Source: Eledone cirrhosa (Eukaryota). From it: a stretch of 64,000 nt of DNA. This document shows positions 50,926 through 63,600 of the stretch, one piece after another. How positions within the stretch are numbered: the stretch's first letter is position 1; each line of letters begins with the position of its first letter. The position numbers and the translations under genes were made by a program. Below the pieces are notes generated by a model. The model had not been told where the DNA came from, searched no databases, and saw only the letters and a list, made by a program, of their open reading frames with translations. The stretch lies in the NCBI GenBank assembly GCA_964016885.1, contig OZ024744.1, positions 128,402,001 to 128,466,000 of the forward strand. The letters are read 5' to 3'.

Positions 50926-53900
50926 AGTTGAGGTTAAGTTAAGTTGGGGTTAAGTTAAGTTGGGCGTAAGATAAGTTGGGGGTAAGATAAGTTGGGGCTA
51001 AGTTAAGTTGGGGCTAAGTCAAGTTGGGGTTAATTCAAGTTGAGGTTAACTTAAGTTGGGGTTAAGTTAAGTTGGGGTTAAGGTAAGTTGGGGTTAAGGT
51101 AAGTTGGGGTTATGATAAGTTGGGGCTAAGTTAAGTTGGGGCTAAGTTAAGTTGGGGCTGAGTTAAGTTGGGGTTAAGTTAAGTTGGGGTTGATTTAAGT
51201 TGGGGTTAAGTTAAGTTGGGATTAAGTTAAGTTGGGGTTAAGTTAAGTTGGGGTTAATTTAAGTTGGGGTTAAGTTAAGTTGGGGTTAAGATAAGTTGGG
51301 GTTAAGTTAAGTTGGGGTTAAGTTAAGTTGGGGTTGAGTTAATTTGGGGTTAAGTTAAGTTGGGGTTAAGTTAAGTTGGGGGTAGGTTAAGTTGGGGGCA
51401 AGTTAAGTTGGGGTTAAGTTAAGTTGGGGTTAAGTTAAGTTGGGGGTAAGTTAAGTCGGGGTTAAGTTAACTTGGGGTTAAGTTAAGTTGGGTTTAAGTT
51501 AAGTTGGGGCTGAGTTAAGTTGGGGGTAAGTTAAGTTGGGTGTAAGTTAAGTTGGGGTTAAGTTAAGTTGGGGTTCAGTTCAGTTGGGGTTAAGTTAAGT
51601 TGGGGTTGAGTTAAGTTGGGGTTGAGTTAATTTGGGGTTAAGTTAAGTTGGGGTTAAGTTAAGTTGGGGGTAGGTTAAGTTGGGGGCAAGTTAAGTTGGG
51701 GCTGAGTTAAGTTGGGGGTAAGTTAAGTTGGGTGTAAGTTAAGTTGGGGTTAAGTTAAGTTGGGGTTCAGTTCAGTTGGGGTTAAGTTAAGTTGGGGTTA
51801 AGTTAAGCTGGGGTTAAGTTAAGTTGGGGTTAAGTTAAGTTCGGGTTAAGTTAAGTTGGGGTTAAGTTAAGTTGGGGTTGAGTTAAGTTGGGGTTGAGTT
51901 AAGTTAGGGTTAATTTGAGTTGGGGTTATGTTAAGTTGGGGTTAAGTTAAGTTGGGGTTAAGTTAAAGTTGGGGTTAAGTTAAGTTGGGGTTAAGTTAAG
52001 TTGGGGTTAAGTTAAGTTGGGGTTAAGTTAAGTTGGGGTTAAGTTAAGTTGGGGTTAAGTTAAGTTGGGGTTGAGTTAAGTTGGGGTTGAGTTAAGTTGG
52101 GGCTAAGTTAATTTGTGGTTAAGTTAAGTTGGGGTTAAGTTAAGTTGGGGTTAAGTTAAGTTGGCGTTAAGTTAAGTTGGGGTTAAGTTAAGTTGGGGTT
52201 AAATTAAGTTGGGGTTAAGTTAAGTTGGGGTTAATTTAAGTTGGGGTTAAGTTAAGTTGGGGTTAAGTTAAGTTGGAGTTAAGTCAAGTTGGGGTTAAGT
52301 CAAGTTGGGGTTAAGTCAAGTTGGGGTTAAGTCAAGTTGGGGTTAAGTTAAGTTGGGGTTAAGTTAAGTTGGGGTTAAGTTAAGTTGGGGGTAAGTTAAG
52401 TTGGGTGTAAGTTAAGTTGGGGTTAAGTTAAGTTGGGGTTCAGTTCAGTTGGGGTTAAGTTAAGTTGGGGTTAAGTTAAGTTGGGGTTAAGTTAAGTTGG
52501 GGTTCAGTTAAGTTGGGGTTGAGTTAAGTTGGGGTTTAATTAAGTTGGGGTTGAGTTAAGTTGGGGTTGAGTTAAGTTGGGGTTGAGTTAAGTTGGGGTT
52601 GAGTTAAGTTGGGGTTGAGTTAAGTTGGGGTTAACTTAAGATGGGGGTTAAGTTACGTTGGGGTTAAGTTAAGTTGGGGTAAAGTTAAGTTGGGGTTAAT
52701 ATAAGTTGAGGTTAAGTTAACTTGGGGTTAAGTTAAGTTGGATTTAAGTTAAGTTGGGGTTGAGTTAAGTTGGGGTTACGTTAAGTTGGGGTTAACTTAA
52801 GTTGGGGTTAAGTTAAGTTGGGGTTAAGTTAAGTTGGGGTTAAGTTAAGTTGGGGTTAAGCTAAGTTGGGGTTAAGTTAAGTTGCGGTTAAGTTAACTTG
52901 GGTTTGAGTTAAGTTGGGTTTAAGTTAATTTGTGGTTAAGTTAAGTTAGGGTTAATTTCAGTTGGGGTTATGTTAAGTTGGGGTTAAGTTAAGTTGGGGT
53001 TAAGTTAAAGTTGGGGTTAAGTTAAGTTGGGGTAAAGTTAAGTTAGGGTTAAGTTAAGTTGGGGTTAAGTTAAGTTGGGGTTAAATTAAGTTGGGGTTAA
53101 GTTAAGTTGGGGTTAAGTTAAGTTGGGGTTAAATTAAGTTGGGGTTGAGTTAAGTTGGGGTTAAATTAAGTTGGGGTTAAGTTAAGTTGGGATTAGTTAA
53201 GTTGGGGTTAAGTTAAGTTGGGGTTAAGTTAAGTTGGGGTTAAGTTAAGTTGGGGTTAAGTTAAGTTGGCGTTAAGTTAAGTTGGGGTTAAGTTAAGTTG
53301 GGGTTAAATTAAGTTGGGGTTAAGTTAAGTTGGGGTTAATTTAAGTTGGGGTTAAGTTAAGTTGGGGTTAAGTTAAGTTGGAGTTAAGTCAAGTTGGGGT
53401 TAAGTCAAGTTGGGGTTAAGTCAAGTTTGGGTTAAGTCAAGTTGGGGTTAAGTTAAGTTGGGGTTAAGTTAAGTTGGGGTTAAGTTAAGTTGGGGGTAAG
53501 TTAAGTTGGGTGTAAGTTAAGTTGGGGTTAAGTTAAGTTGGGGTTCAGTTCAGTTGGGTTTAAGTTAAGTTGGGGTTAAGTTAAGTTGGGGTTAAGTTAA
53601 GTTGGGGTTCAGTTAAGTTGGGGTTGAGTTAAGTTGGGGTTTAATTAAGTTGGGGTTGAGTTAAGTTGGGGTTGAGTTAAGTTGGGGTTGAGTTAAGTTG
53701 GGGTTGAGTTAAGTTGGGGTTAAGTTAAGTTGCGGTTAAGTTAAGTTGGGGTTAAGTTAAGTTGGGTTTAAGTTAAGTTGGAGTTCAGTTAAGTTGGGGT
53801 TAAGTTAAGTTGGGGTTAAGTTAAGTTGGGGTTAAGTTAAGTTGGGGTTGAGTTAAGTTGGGGTTTAATTAAGTTGGGGTTGAGTTAAGTTGGGGTTGAG

Positions 53901-56900
53901 TTAAGTCGGGGTTGAGTTAAGTTGGGGTTGAGTTAAGTTGGGGTTAAGTTAAGTTGGGGTTAAGTTAAGATGGATTTAAGTTAAGTTGGGGTTAAGTTAA
54001 GTTGGGGTTAAGTTAAGTTTGGGTAAATTTAAGTTGGGGTTAAGTTAAGTTGATGTTAAGTTAACTTGGGGTTAAGTTAAGTTGGGGTTAAGTTAAGTTG
54101 GGGTAGAGTTAAATTGAGGTTAAGTTAACTTTGGTTTCAGTTAAGTTGGGGTTAAGTTAAGTTGGGGTTAAGTTAAGTTGGGGTTAATTTAAGTTGGGGT
54201 TAAATTAAGTTGGGGTTAAGTTAAGTTGGGGTTAAGTTAAGTTGGGGTTAAGTTAAGTTGGGGTTAAGGTAAGTTGGGGTTAAGTTAAGTTGGGGTTAAG
54301 TTCAGTTGGGGTTAAGTTAAGTTGGGGTTGAGTTAAGTTGGGGTTTAATTAAGTTGGGGTTGAGTTAAGTTGGGGTTGAGTTAAGTTGGGGTTGAGTTAA
54401 GTTGGGGTTGAGTTAAGTTGGGGTTAAGTTAAGTTGGGGTTAAATTAAGATGGATTTAAGTTAAGTTGGGGTTAAGTTAAGTTGGGGTTAAGTTAAGTTG
54501 GGGTAAAGTTAAGTTGGGGTTAAGTTAAGTTGAGGTTAAATTAACTTGGGGTTAAGTTAAGTTGGGGTTAAGTTAAGTTGGGGTTGAGTTAAGTTGGGGT
54601 TGAGTTAAGTTGGGGTTAAGTTAAGTTGAGGTTAACTTAAGTTGGGGTTAAGTTAAGTTTGGGTTAATTTAAGTTGGGGTTAAGTTAAGTTGGGGTTAAG
54701 CTAAGTTGGGGTTTATTTAAATTGAGGTTAAGTTAACTTGGGTTTGAGTTAAGTTGGGGTTAAGTTAAGTTGGGGTTAAGTTAAGTTGAGGTTAAGTTAA
54801 GTTGGGGTTAAGTTAAGTTGGGGTTAAGTTAAGTTGGGGTTAATTTAAGTTGGGGGTAAGTTAAGTTGGGGGCAAGTTAAGTTGGGGTTAAGTTAAGTTG
54901 GGGTTAAGTTAAGTTGCGGTTAAGTTAAGTTGGGGTTAAGTTAAGTTGGGGTTAAGTTAAGTTGGGGTTCATTTAAGTTGGGGTTAAATTAAGTTGGGGT
55001 TAAGTTAAGTTGGGGTTAAGTTAAGTTGGGGTTATGTTAAGTTGGGGTTAAGTTAAGTTGGGGTTAAGTTAGGTTTGGGTTAAGTTAAGTTGGGGTCAAG
55101 TTAAGTTGGGGTTAAGTTAAGTTGGGCTTAAGTTAAGTTGGGGTTAAGTTAAGTTGGGGTTAAGTTAAGTTGGGGTTAAGTTAAGTTGGGGTTAAGTTAA
55201 GTCGGGGTTAAGTTAAGTTGGGGTTAAGTTAAGTTGGGGTTAAGCTAAGTTGGGGTTAAGTTAAATTGAGGTTAATTTAACTCGGGTTTGAGTTAAGTTG
55301 GGGTTAAGTTAAGTTGGGGTTAAGTTAAGTTGGGGTTAATTTAAGATGGGGTTAAATTAAGTTGGGGTTAAGTTAAGTTGGGGTTAAGTTAAGTTGAGGT
55401 TGAGTTAAGTTGGGGTTGAGTTAAGTTGGGGTTAAGTTAAGTTGGGGTTAAGTTAAGATGGGGTTAAGCTAAGTTGGGGTTAAGTTAAATTGAGGTTAAG
55501 TTAACTTGGGTTTGAGTTAAGTTGGGGTTAAGTTAAGTTGGGGTTAAGTTAAGTTGGGGTTAATTTAAGTTGGGGTTAAATTAAGTTGGGGTTAAGTTAA
55601 GTTGGGGTTAAGTTAAGTTGGGGTTAAGTTAAGTTGGGGTTAAGTTAAGTTGGGGTTGAGTTAAGTTGAGGTTAAGTTAAGTCGGGGTTAAGTTAAGTTG
55701 AGGTTGAGTTAAGTTGGGGTTGAGTTAAGTTGGGGTTAAGTTAAGTTGGGGTTAAGTTAAGATGGATTTAAGTTAAGTTGGGGTAAAGTTAAGTTTGGGT
55801 TAATTTAAGTTGGGGTTAAGTTAAGTTGGGGTTGAGTTAAGTTGGGGTTGAGTTAAGTTGGGGTTAAGTTAAGTTGAGGTTAACTTAAGTTGGGGTTAAG
55901 TTAAGTTTGGGTTAATTTAAGTTGGGGTTAAGTTAAGTTGGGGTTAAGCTAAGTTGGGGTTTATTTAAATTGAGGTTAAGTTAACTTGGGTTTGAGTTAA
56001 GTTGGGGTTAAGTTAAGTTGGGGTTAAGTTAAGTTGGGGTTAAGTTAAGTCGGGGTTAAGTTAAGTTGAGGTTGAGTTAAGTTGGGGTTGAGTTAAGTTG
56101 GGGTTAAGTTAAGTTGGGGTTAAGTTAAGATGGATTTAAGTTAAGTTGGGGTCTAGTTAAGTTGGGGTTAAGTTAAGTTGGGGTAAAGTTAAGTTGGGGT
56201 TAATTTAAGTTGAGGTTAAGTTAACTTGGGGTTAAGTTAAGTTGGCGTTAAGTTAAGTTGGGGTTGAGTTAAGTTGGGGTTAAGTTAAGTTGGGGTTAAC
56301 TTAAGTTGGGGTTAAGTTAAGTTGGGGTTGAGTTAAGTTTGGGTTAAGTTAAGTTGGGGTTAAGCTAAGTTGGGGTTAAGTTAAATTGAGGTTAAGTTAA
56401 GTTGGGGTTGAGTTAAGTTGGGGTTAAGTTAAGTTGGGGTTGAGTTAAGTTGAGGTTAAGTTAAGTTGGGGTTAAGTTAAGTTGGGGTTAAGTTAAGTTG
56501 GGGTTCAGTTAAGTTGGGGTTAAGTTAAGTTGGGGTTAAGTTAAGTTGGGGTTAAGTTAAGTTGGGGTTGAGTTAAGTTGGCGTTTAATTAAGTTGGGGT
56601 TGAGTTAAGTTGGGGTTGAGTTAAGTTGGGGTTGAGTTAAGTTGGGGTTAAGTTAAGATGGATTTAAGTTAAGTTGGGGTTAAATTAAGTTGGGGTTAAG
56701 TTAAGTTGGGGTAAAGTTAAGTTGGGGTTAAGTTAAGTTGATGTTAAGTTAACTTGGGGTTAAGTTAAGTTCGGGTTAAGTTAAGTTGGGGTAGAGTTAA
56801 ATTGAGGTTAAGTTAACTTTGGTTTCAGTTAAGTTGGGGTTAAGTTAAGTTGGGGTTAAGTTAAGTTGGGGTTAATTTAAGTTGGGGTTAAATTAAGTTG

Positions 56901-59900
56901 GAGTTAAGCTAAGTTGGGGTTTATTTAAATTGAGGTTAAGTTAACTTGGGTTTGAGTTAAGTTGGGGTTAAGTTAAGTTGGGGTTAAGTTAACTTGGGTT
57001 TGAGTTAAGTTGGGGTTAAGTTAAGTTGGGGTTAAGTTAAGTTGGGGTTAATTTAAGTTGGGGTTAAATTAAGTTGGGGTTAAGTTAAGTTGGGGTTAAG
57101 TTAAGTTGAGGTTGAGTTAAGTTGGGGTTGAATTAAGTTGGGGTTAAGTTAAGTTGGGGTTAAGTTAAGATGGGGTTAAGCTAAGTTGGGGTTAAGTTAA
57201 ATTGAGGTTAAGTTAACTTGGGTTTGAGTTAAGTTGGGGTTAAGTTAAGTTGGGGTTAAGTTAAGTTGGGGTTAATTTAAGTTGGGGTTAAATTAAGTTG
57301 GGGTTAAGTTAAGTTGGGGTTAAGTTAAGTTGGAGTTAAATTAAGTTGGGGTTAAGTTAAGTTGAGGTTGAGTTAATTTGGGGTTAAGTTAAGTTGGGGT
57401 TAACTTAAGTTGGGGTTAATTTAAGTTGGGGTTAAGTTACGTTGGGGGTAAGTTAAGTTGGGGGCAAGTTGAGTTGGGGTTAAGTTAAGTTGGGTTTAAG
57501 TTAAGTTGGGGCTAAGTTAAGTTGGGGCTAAGTTAAGTTGGGGCTGAGTTAAGTTGGGGTTAAGTTAAGTTGGGGTTGAGTTAAGTTGGGGTTAACTTAA
57601 GTTGGGGTTAAGTTGGGGTTAAGTTAAGTTGGGGTTAAATTAAGTTGGGGGTTAGTTAAGTTGGGGCAAGTTAAGTTGGGGTTAATTTAAGTTGGGGTTA
57701 ATTTAAGTTGGGGTTATGTTAAGTTGGGGTTAAGTTAAGTTGGGGTTAAGTTAAGTTGGGGGTAAGTTAAGTTGGGGTTAAGTTAAGTTGGGGGTAAGTT
57801 AAGTTGAGGGTAAGTCAAGTTGGGGTTAAGTCAAGTTGGGGTTAAGTTAAGTTGGGGTTAAGTTAAGTTGGGGTTGAGTTAAGTTGGGGTTGAGTTAAGT
57901 TGGGGTTAAGTTAAGTTGGGTGTAAGTTAAGTTGGGGTTAAGTTAAGTTGGGGTTAAGTTAAGTTGGGGTTAAGTTAAGTTGGGGGTAAGTTAAGTTGGG
58001 GGCAAGTTAAGTTGGGGTTAAGTTAAGTTGGGGTTAAGTTAAGTTGGGGTTAAGTTAAGTTGGGGTTAAGTTAAGTTGGGGTTAAGTTAAGTTGGGGGTA
58101 AGTTAAGTTGGGGTTAAGTTAAGTTGGGGTTAAATTAAGTTGAGGTTAAGTTAATTTGGGGTTAAGTTAAGTTGGGGTTAAATTAAGTTGGGGGTAAGAT
58201 AAGTTGGGGCTAAGTTAAGTTGGGGCTAAGTCAAGTTGGGGTTAAGTCAAGTTGAGGTTAACTTAAGTTGGGGTTAAGTTAAGTTGGGGTTAAGTTAAGT
58301 TGGGGTTAAGGTAAGGTGGGGTTAAGTTAAGTTGGGGTTAAGTTAGGTTGGGGTTAAGTTAAGTTGGGGTTAAGTTAAGTTAGGGTTAATTTCAGTTGGG
58401 GTTATGTTAAGTTGGGGTTAAGTTAAGTTGGGGTTAAGTTAAGTTGAGGTTAAGTTAAGTTGGAGTTAAGTTAAGTTGGGGTTAAGCTAAGTTGGGGTTA
58501 AGTTAATTTGCGGTTAAGTTAGGTTGTGGGTTAAGTTAAGTTGGGGTTAAGTTAAGCTGGGGTTAAGTTAGGGTAAGTTAAGTTGGGGTTAAGTTAAGTT
58601 GGGGTTAAGTTAGGTTGGGGTTAAGTTAAGTTGGGGTTGAGTTAAGTTGGGGTTGAGTTAAGTTGGGGTTAAGTTAAGTTGGGGTTAAGTTAAGTTGGGG
58701 TTAAGTTAAGTTGGGGTTAAGTTAAGTTGGGGTTAAGTTAAGTTGGGGGCAAGTTAAGTTGGGGTTAATTTAAGTTGAGGTTAAGTTAAGTTGGTGTTAA
58801 GTTAAGTTGGGGCTAAGTTAAGTTGGGGCTGAGTTAAGTTGGGGCTGAGTTAAGTTGCAGTTAAGTTAAGTTGGGGTTGAGTTAAGTTGCGGTTAAGTTA
58901 AGTTGGGGTTAAGTTAAGTTGGGGTTAAGTTAAGTTGGGGTTAAGTTAAGTTGGGGTTAAGGTAAGTTGGGGTTAAGTTAAGTTGGGGTTAAGTTCAGTT
59001 GGGGTTAAGTTAAGTTGGGGTTAAGTTCAGTTGGGGTTAAGTTAAGTTGGGGTTGAGTTAAGTTGGGGTTTAATTAAGTTGGGGTTGAGTTAAGTTGGGG
59101 TTGAGTTAAGTTGGGGTTGAGTTAAGTTGGGGTTGAGTTAAGTTGGGGTTAAGTTAAGTTGGGGTTAAATTAAGATGGATTTAAGTTAAGTTGGGGTTAA
59201 GTTAAGTTGGGGTTAAGTTAAGTTGGGGTAAAGTTAAGTTGGGGTTAAGTTAAGTTGAGGTTAAATTAACTTGGGGTTAAGTTAAGTTGGGGTTAAGTTA
59301 AGTTGGGGTTGAGTTAAGTTGGGGTTGAGTTAAGTTGGGGTTAAGTTAAGTTGAGGTTAACTTAAGTTGGGGTTAAGTTAAGTTTGGGTTAATTTAAGTT
59401 GGGGTTAAGTTGAGTTGGGGTTAAGCTAAGTTGGGGTTTATTTAAATTGAGGTTAAGTTAACTTGGGTTTGAGTTAAGTTGGGGTTAAGTTAAGTTGGGG
59501 TTAAGTTAAGTTGAGGTTAAGTTAAGTTGGGGTTAAGTTAAGTTGGGGTTAAGTTAAGTTGGGGTTAATTTAAGTTGGGGGTAAGTTAAGTTGGGGGCAA
59601 GTTAAGTTGGGGTTAAGTTAAGTTGGGGTTAAGTTAAGTTGCGGTTAAGTTAAGTTGGGGTTAAGTTAAGTTGGGGTTAAGTTAAGTTGGGGTTCATTTA
59701 AGTTGGGGTTAAATTAAGTTGGGGTTAAGTTAAGTTGGGGTTAAGTTAAGTTGGGGTTATGTTAAGTTGGGGTTAAGTTAAGTTGGGGTTAAGTTAGGTT
59801 TGGGTTAAGTTAAGTTGGGGTCAAGTTAAGTTGGGGTTAAGTTAAGTTGGGCTTAAGTTAAGTTGGGGTTAAGTTAAGTTGGGGTTAAGTTAAGTTGGGG

Positions 59901-60690
59901 TTAAGTTAAGTCGGGGTTAAGTTAAGTTGGGGTTAAGTTAAGTTGGGGTTAAGCTAAGTTGGGGTTAAGTTAAATTGAGGTTAATTTAACTCGGGTTTGA
60001 GTTAAGTTGGGGTTAAGTTAAGTTGGGGTTAAGTTAAGTTGGGGTTAATTTAAGATGGGGTTAAATTAAGTTGGGGTTAAGTTAAGTTGGGGTTAAGTTA
60101 AGTTGAGGTTGAGTTAAGTTGGGGTTGAGTTAAGTTGGGGTTAAGTTAAGTTGGGGTTAAGTTAAGATGGGGTTAAGCTAAGTTGGGGTTAAGTTAAATT
60201 GAGGTTAAGTTAACTTGGGTTTGAGTTAAGTTGGGGTTAAGTTAAGTTGGGGTTAAGTTAAGTTGGGGTTAAGTTAAGTTGGGGTTGAGTTAAGTTGAGG
60301 TTAAGTTAAGTCGGGGTTAAGTTAAGTTGAGGTTGAGTTAAGTTGGGGTTGAGTTAAGTTGGGGTTAAGTTAAGTTGGGGTTAAGTTAAGATGGATTTAA
60401 GTTAAGTTGGGGTAAAGTTAAGTTTGGGTTAATTTAAGTTGGGGTTAAGTTAAGTTGGGGTTGAATTAAGTTGGGGTTGAGTTAAGTTGGGGTTAAGTTA
60501 AGTTGAGGTTAACTTAAGTTGGGGTTAAGTTAAGTTTGGGTTAATTTAAGTTGGGGTTAAGTTAAGTTGGGGTTAAGCTAAGTTGGGGTTTATTTAAATT
60601 GAGGTTAAGTTAACTTGGGTTTGAGTTAAGTTGGGGTTAAGTTAAGTTGGGGTTAAGTTAAGTTGGGGTTAAGTTAAGTCGGGGTTAAGT
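50925..60690 (+). repeat. Dispersed direct copy of ~19,320-29,355
   Basis: Offset is 31,606 at 19359/50965 and 20505/52111. It becomes 31,350 after a 256-bp indel (21290/52640, 22754/54104, 23931/55281, 27158/58508) and 31,334 after a 16-bp indel (28656/59990, 29346/60680). Confidence 0.92.
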
Positions 60691-63600
60691 TAAGTTGCGG
60701 TTAAGTTAAGTTGGGGTTAAGTTAAGTTGGGGTTAAGTTAAGTTGGGATTAAGTTAAGTTGGGGTTAAGTTAAGTTGGGGTTGAGTTAAGTTGGGGTTAA
60801 GTTAGATTATTGTTAATTTATTTTGGGGTTAAGTTAAGTTGGGGTTAAGTTAAGTTGGGGTTAATTTAAGTTGGGGTTAAGTTAAGTGGGGGTTAAGTTG
60901 AGTTGGGGTTAAGTTAAGTTGGGGTTAAGTTAAGTTGGGGTTAAGATAAGTTGGGGTTAAGTTAAGTTGGGGTTGAGTTAAGTTCGGGTTGAGTTAATTT
61001 GGGGTTAACTTAAGTTGGGGTTAACTTAAGTTGGGGTTAAGTTAAGTTGGGTTTATGTTAAGTTGGGGATAAGTTAAGTTGGGGTTAAGTTAAGTTGGGG
61101 TTCAATTAAGTTGCGGTTAATTTAAGTTGGGGTTAAGTTAAGTTGGGATTAAGTTAAGTTGGGGTTAAGTTAAGTTGGGGTTAAATTAAGTTAGGGCTAA
61201 GTTAAGTTGAGGTTATGTTAAGTTGGTGTTAAGTTAGGTTGGTGTTAAGTTAAGTTGGGGGTAAGTTAAGTTGGGGGTAAGTTAAGTTGGTGTTAAGTTA
61301 AGTTGGGGTTAAGTTAAGTTGGGGTTAATTTAAGTTGGGGTTAAGTTAAGTTGGGTTTAAGTTAAGTTGGGTCTAAGTTAAGTTGGGGTTAAGTTAAGTT
61401 GAGGTTAAGTTAAGTTGGGATTAAGTTAAGTTGGGGTTAAGTTAAGTTGGGGTTAAGTTAAGTTGGGGTTAAGTTAGGTTGGGGTCAAGTTATGTTGGGG
61501 GTAAGTTAAGTTGGGGGTAAGTTAAGTTGGGGTTAGGTTAAGTTGGGGTTAAGTTAAGTTGGGGTTAAGTTAAGTTGGGGTTACGTTAAGTTGGGGGTGA
61601 GTTAAGTTGGTGGTAAGTTAAGTTGGGGGTAAGTTAAGATGGGGTTAAGTTAAGTTGGGGTTAATTTAATTTGGGGTTAAGTTAAGTTAGGGTTAAGTTA
61701 AGTTGGGGTTGAGTTAAGTTGGGGTTAAGTTAAGTTTGGGTTATGTTAAGTTGGGGATAAGTTAAGTTGGGGTTAAGTTAAGTTGGGGTTCAATTAAGTT
61801 GCGGTTAATTTAAGTTGGGGTTAAGTTAAGTTCGGGTTAAGTTAAGTTGGGGTTAAGTTAAGTTGGGGTTAAATTAAGTTAGGGCTAAGTTAAGTTGAGG
61901 TTATGTTAAGTTGGTGTTAAGTTAAGTTGGGGTTAAGTTAAGTTGGGGTTAAGTTAAGTTGGGGTTAAGTTAAGTTGGGTTTAAGTTAAGTTGGGGCTAA
62001 GTTAAGTTGGGGTTAAGTTAAGTTGGGGTTAAGTTAAGTTGGGGTAAATTTAAGTTGGGGTTAAGTTAAGTTCGGGTTAAGTTAAGTTGGGGTAGAGTTA
62101 AATTGAGGTTAAGTTAACTTTGGTTTCAGTTAAGTTGGGGTTAAGTTAAGTTGGGGTTAAGTTAAGTTGGGGTTAATTTAAGTTGGGGTTAAATTAAGTT
62201 GGAGTTAAGCTAAGTTGGGGTTTATTTAAATTGAGGTTAAGTTAACTTGGGTTTGAGTTAAGTTGGGGTTAAGTTAAGTTGGGGTTAAGTTAACTTGGGT
62301 TTGAGTTAAGTTGGGGTTAAGTTAAGTTGGGGTTAAGTTAAGTTGGGGTTAATTTAAGTTGGGGTTAAATTAAGTTGGGGTTAAGTTAAGTTGGGGTTAA
62401 GTTAAGTTGAGGTTGAGTTAAGTTGGGGTTGAATTAAGTTGGGGTTAAGTTAAGTTGGGGTTAAGTTAAGATGGGGTTAAGCTAAGTTGGGGTTAAGTTA
62501 AATTGAGGTTAAGTTAACTTGGGTTTGAGTTAAGTTGGGGTTAAGTTAAGTTGGGGTTAAGTTAAGTTGGGGTTAATTTAAGTTGGGGTTAAATTAAGTT
62601 GGGGTTAAGTTAAGTTGGGGTTAAGTTAAGTTGGAGTTAAGTTAAGTTGGGGTTAAGTTAAGTTGAGGTTGAGTTAATTTGGGGTTAAGTTAAGTTGGGG
62701 TTAACTTAAGTTGGGGTTAATTTAAGTTGGGGTTAAGTTAAGTTGGGGGTAGGTTAAGTTGGGGGCAAGTTGAGTTGGGGTTAAGTTAAGTTGGGTTTAA
62801 GTTAAGTTGGGGCTGAGTTAAGTTGGGGTTAAGTTAAGTTGGGGTTGAGTTAAGTTGGGGTTAACTTAAGTTGGGGTTAAGTTGGGGTTAAGTTAAGTTG
62901 GGGTTAAATTAAGTTGGGGGTTAGTTAAGTTGGGGCAAGTTAAGTTGGGGTTAATTTAAGTTGGGGTTAATTTAAGTTGGGGTTATGTTAAGTTGGGGTT
63001 AAGTTAAGTTGGGGTTAAGTTAAGTTGGGGGTCAGTTAAGTTGGGGTTAAGTTAAGTTGGGGGTAAGTTAAGTTGAGGGTAAGTCAAGTTGGGGTTAAGT
63101 CAAGTTGGGGTTAAGTTAAGTTGGGGTTAAGTTAAGTTGGGGTTGAGTTAAGTTGGGGTTGAGTTAAGTTGGGGTTAAGTTAAGTTGGGTGTAAGTTAAG
63201 TTGGGGTTAAGTTAAGTTGGGGTTAAGTTAAGTTGGGGTTAAGTTAAGTTGGGGGTAAGTTAAGTTGGGGGCAAGTTAAGTTGGGGTTAAGTTAAGTTGG
63301 GGTTAAGTTAAGTTGGGGTTAAGTTAAGTTGGGGTTAAGTTAAGTTGGGGTTAAGTTAAGTTGGGGGTAAGTTAAGTTGGGGTTAAGTTAAGTTGGGGTT
63401 AAATTAAGTTGAGGTTAAGTTAATTTGGGGTTAAGTTAAGTTGGGGTTAAATTAAGTTGGGGGTAAGATAAGTTGGGGCTAAGTTAAGTTGGGGCTAAGT
63501 CAAGTTGGGGTTAAGTCAAGTTGAGGTTAACTTAAGTTGGGGTTAAGTTAAGTTGGGGTTAAGTTAAGTTGGGGTTAAGGTAAGGTGGGGTTAAGTTAAG

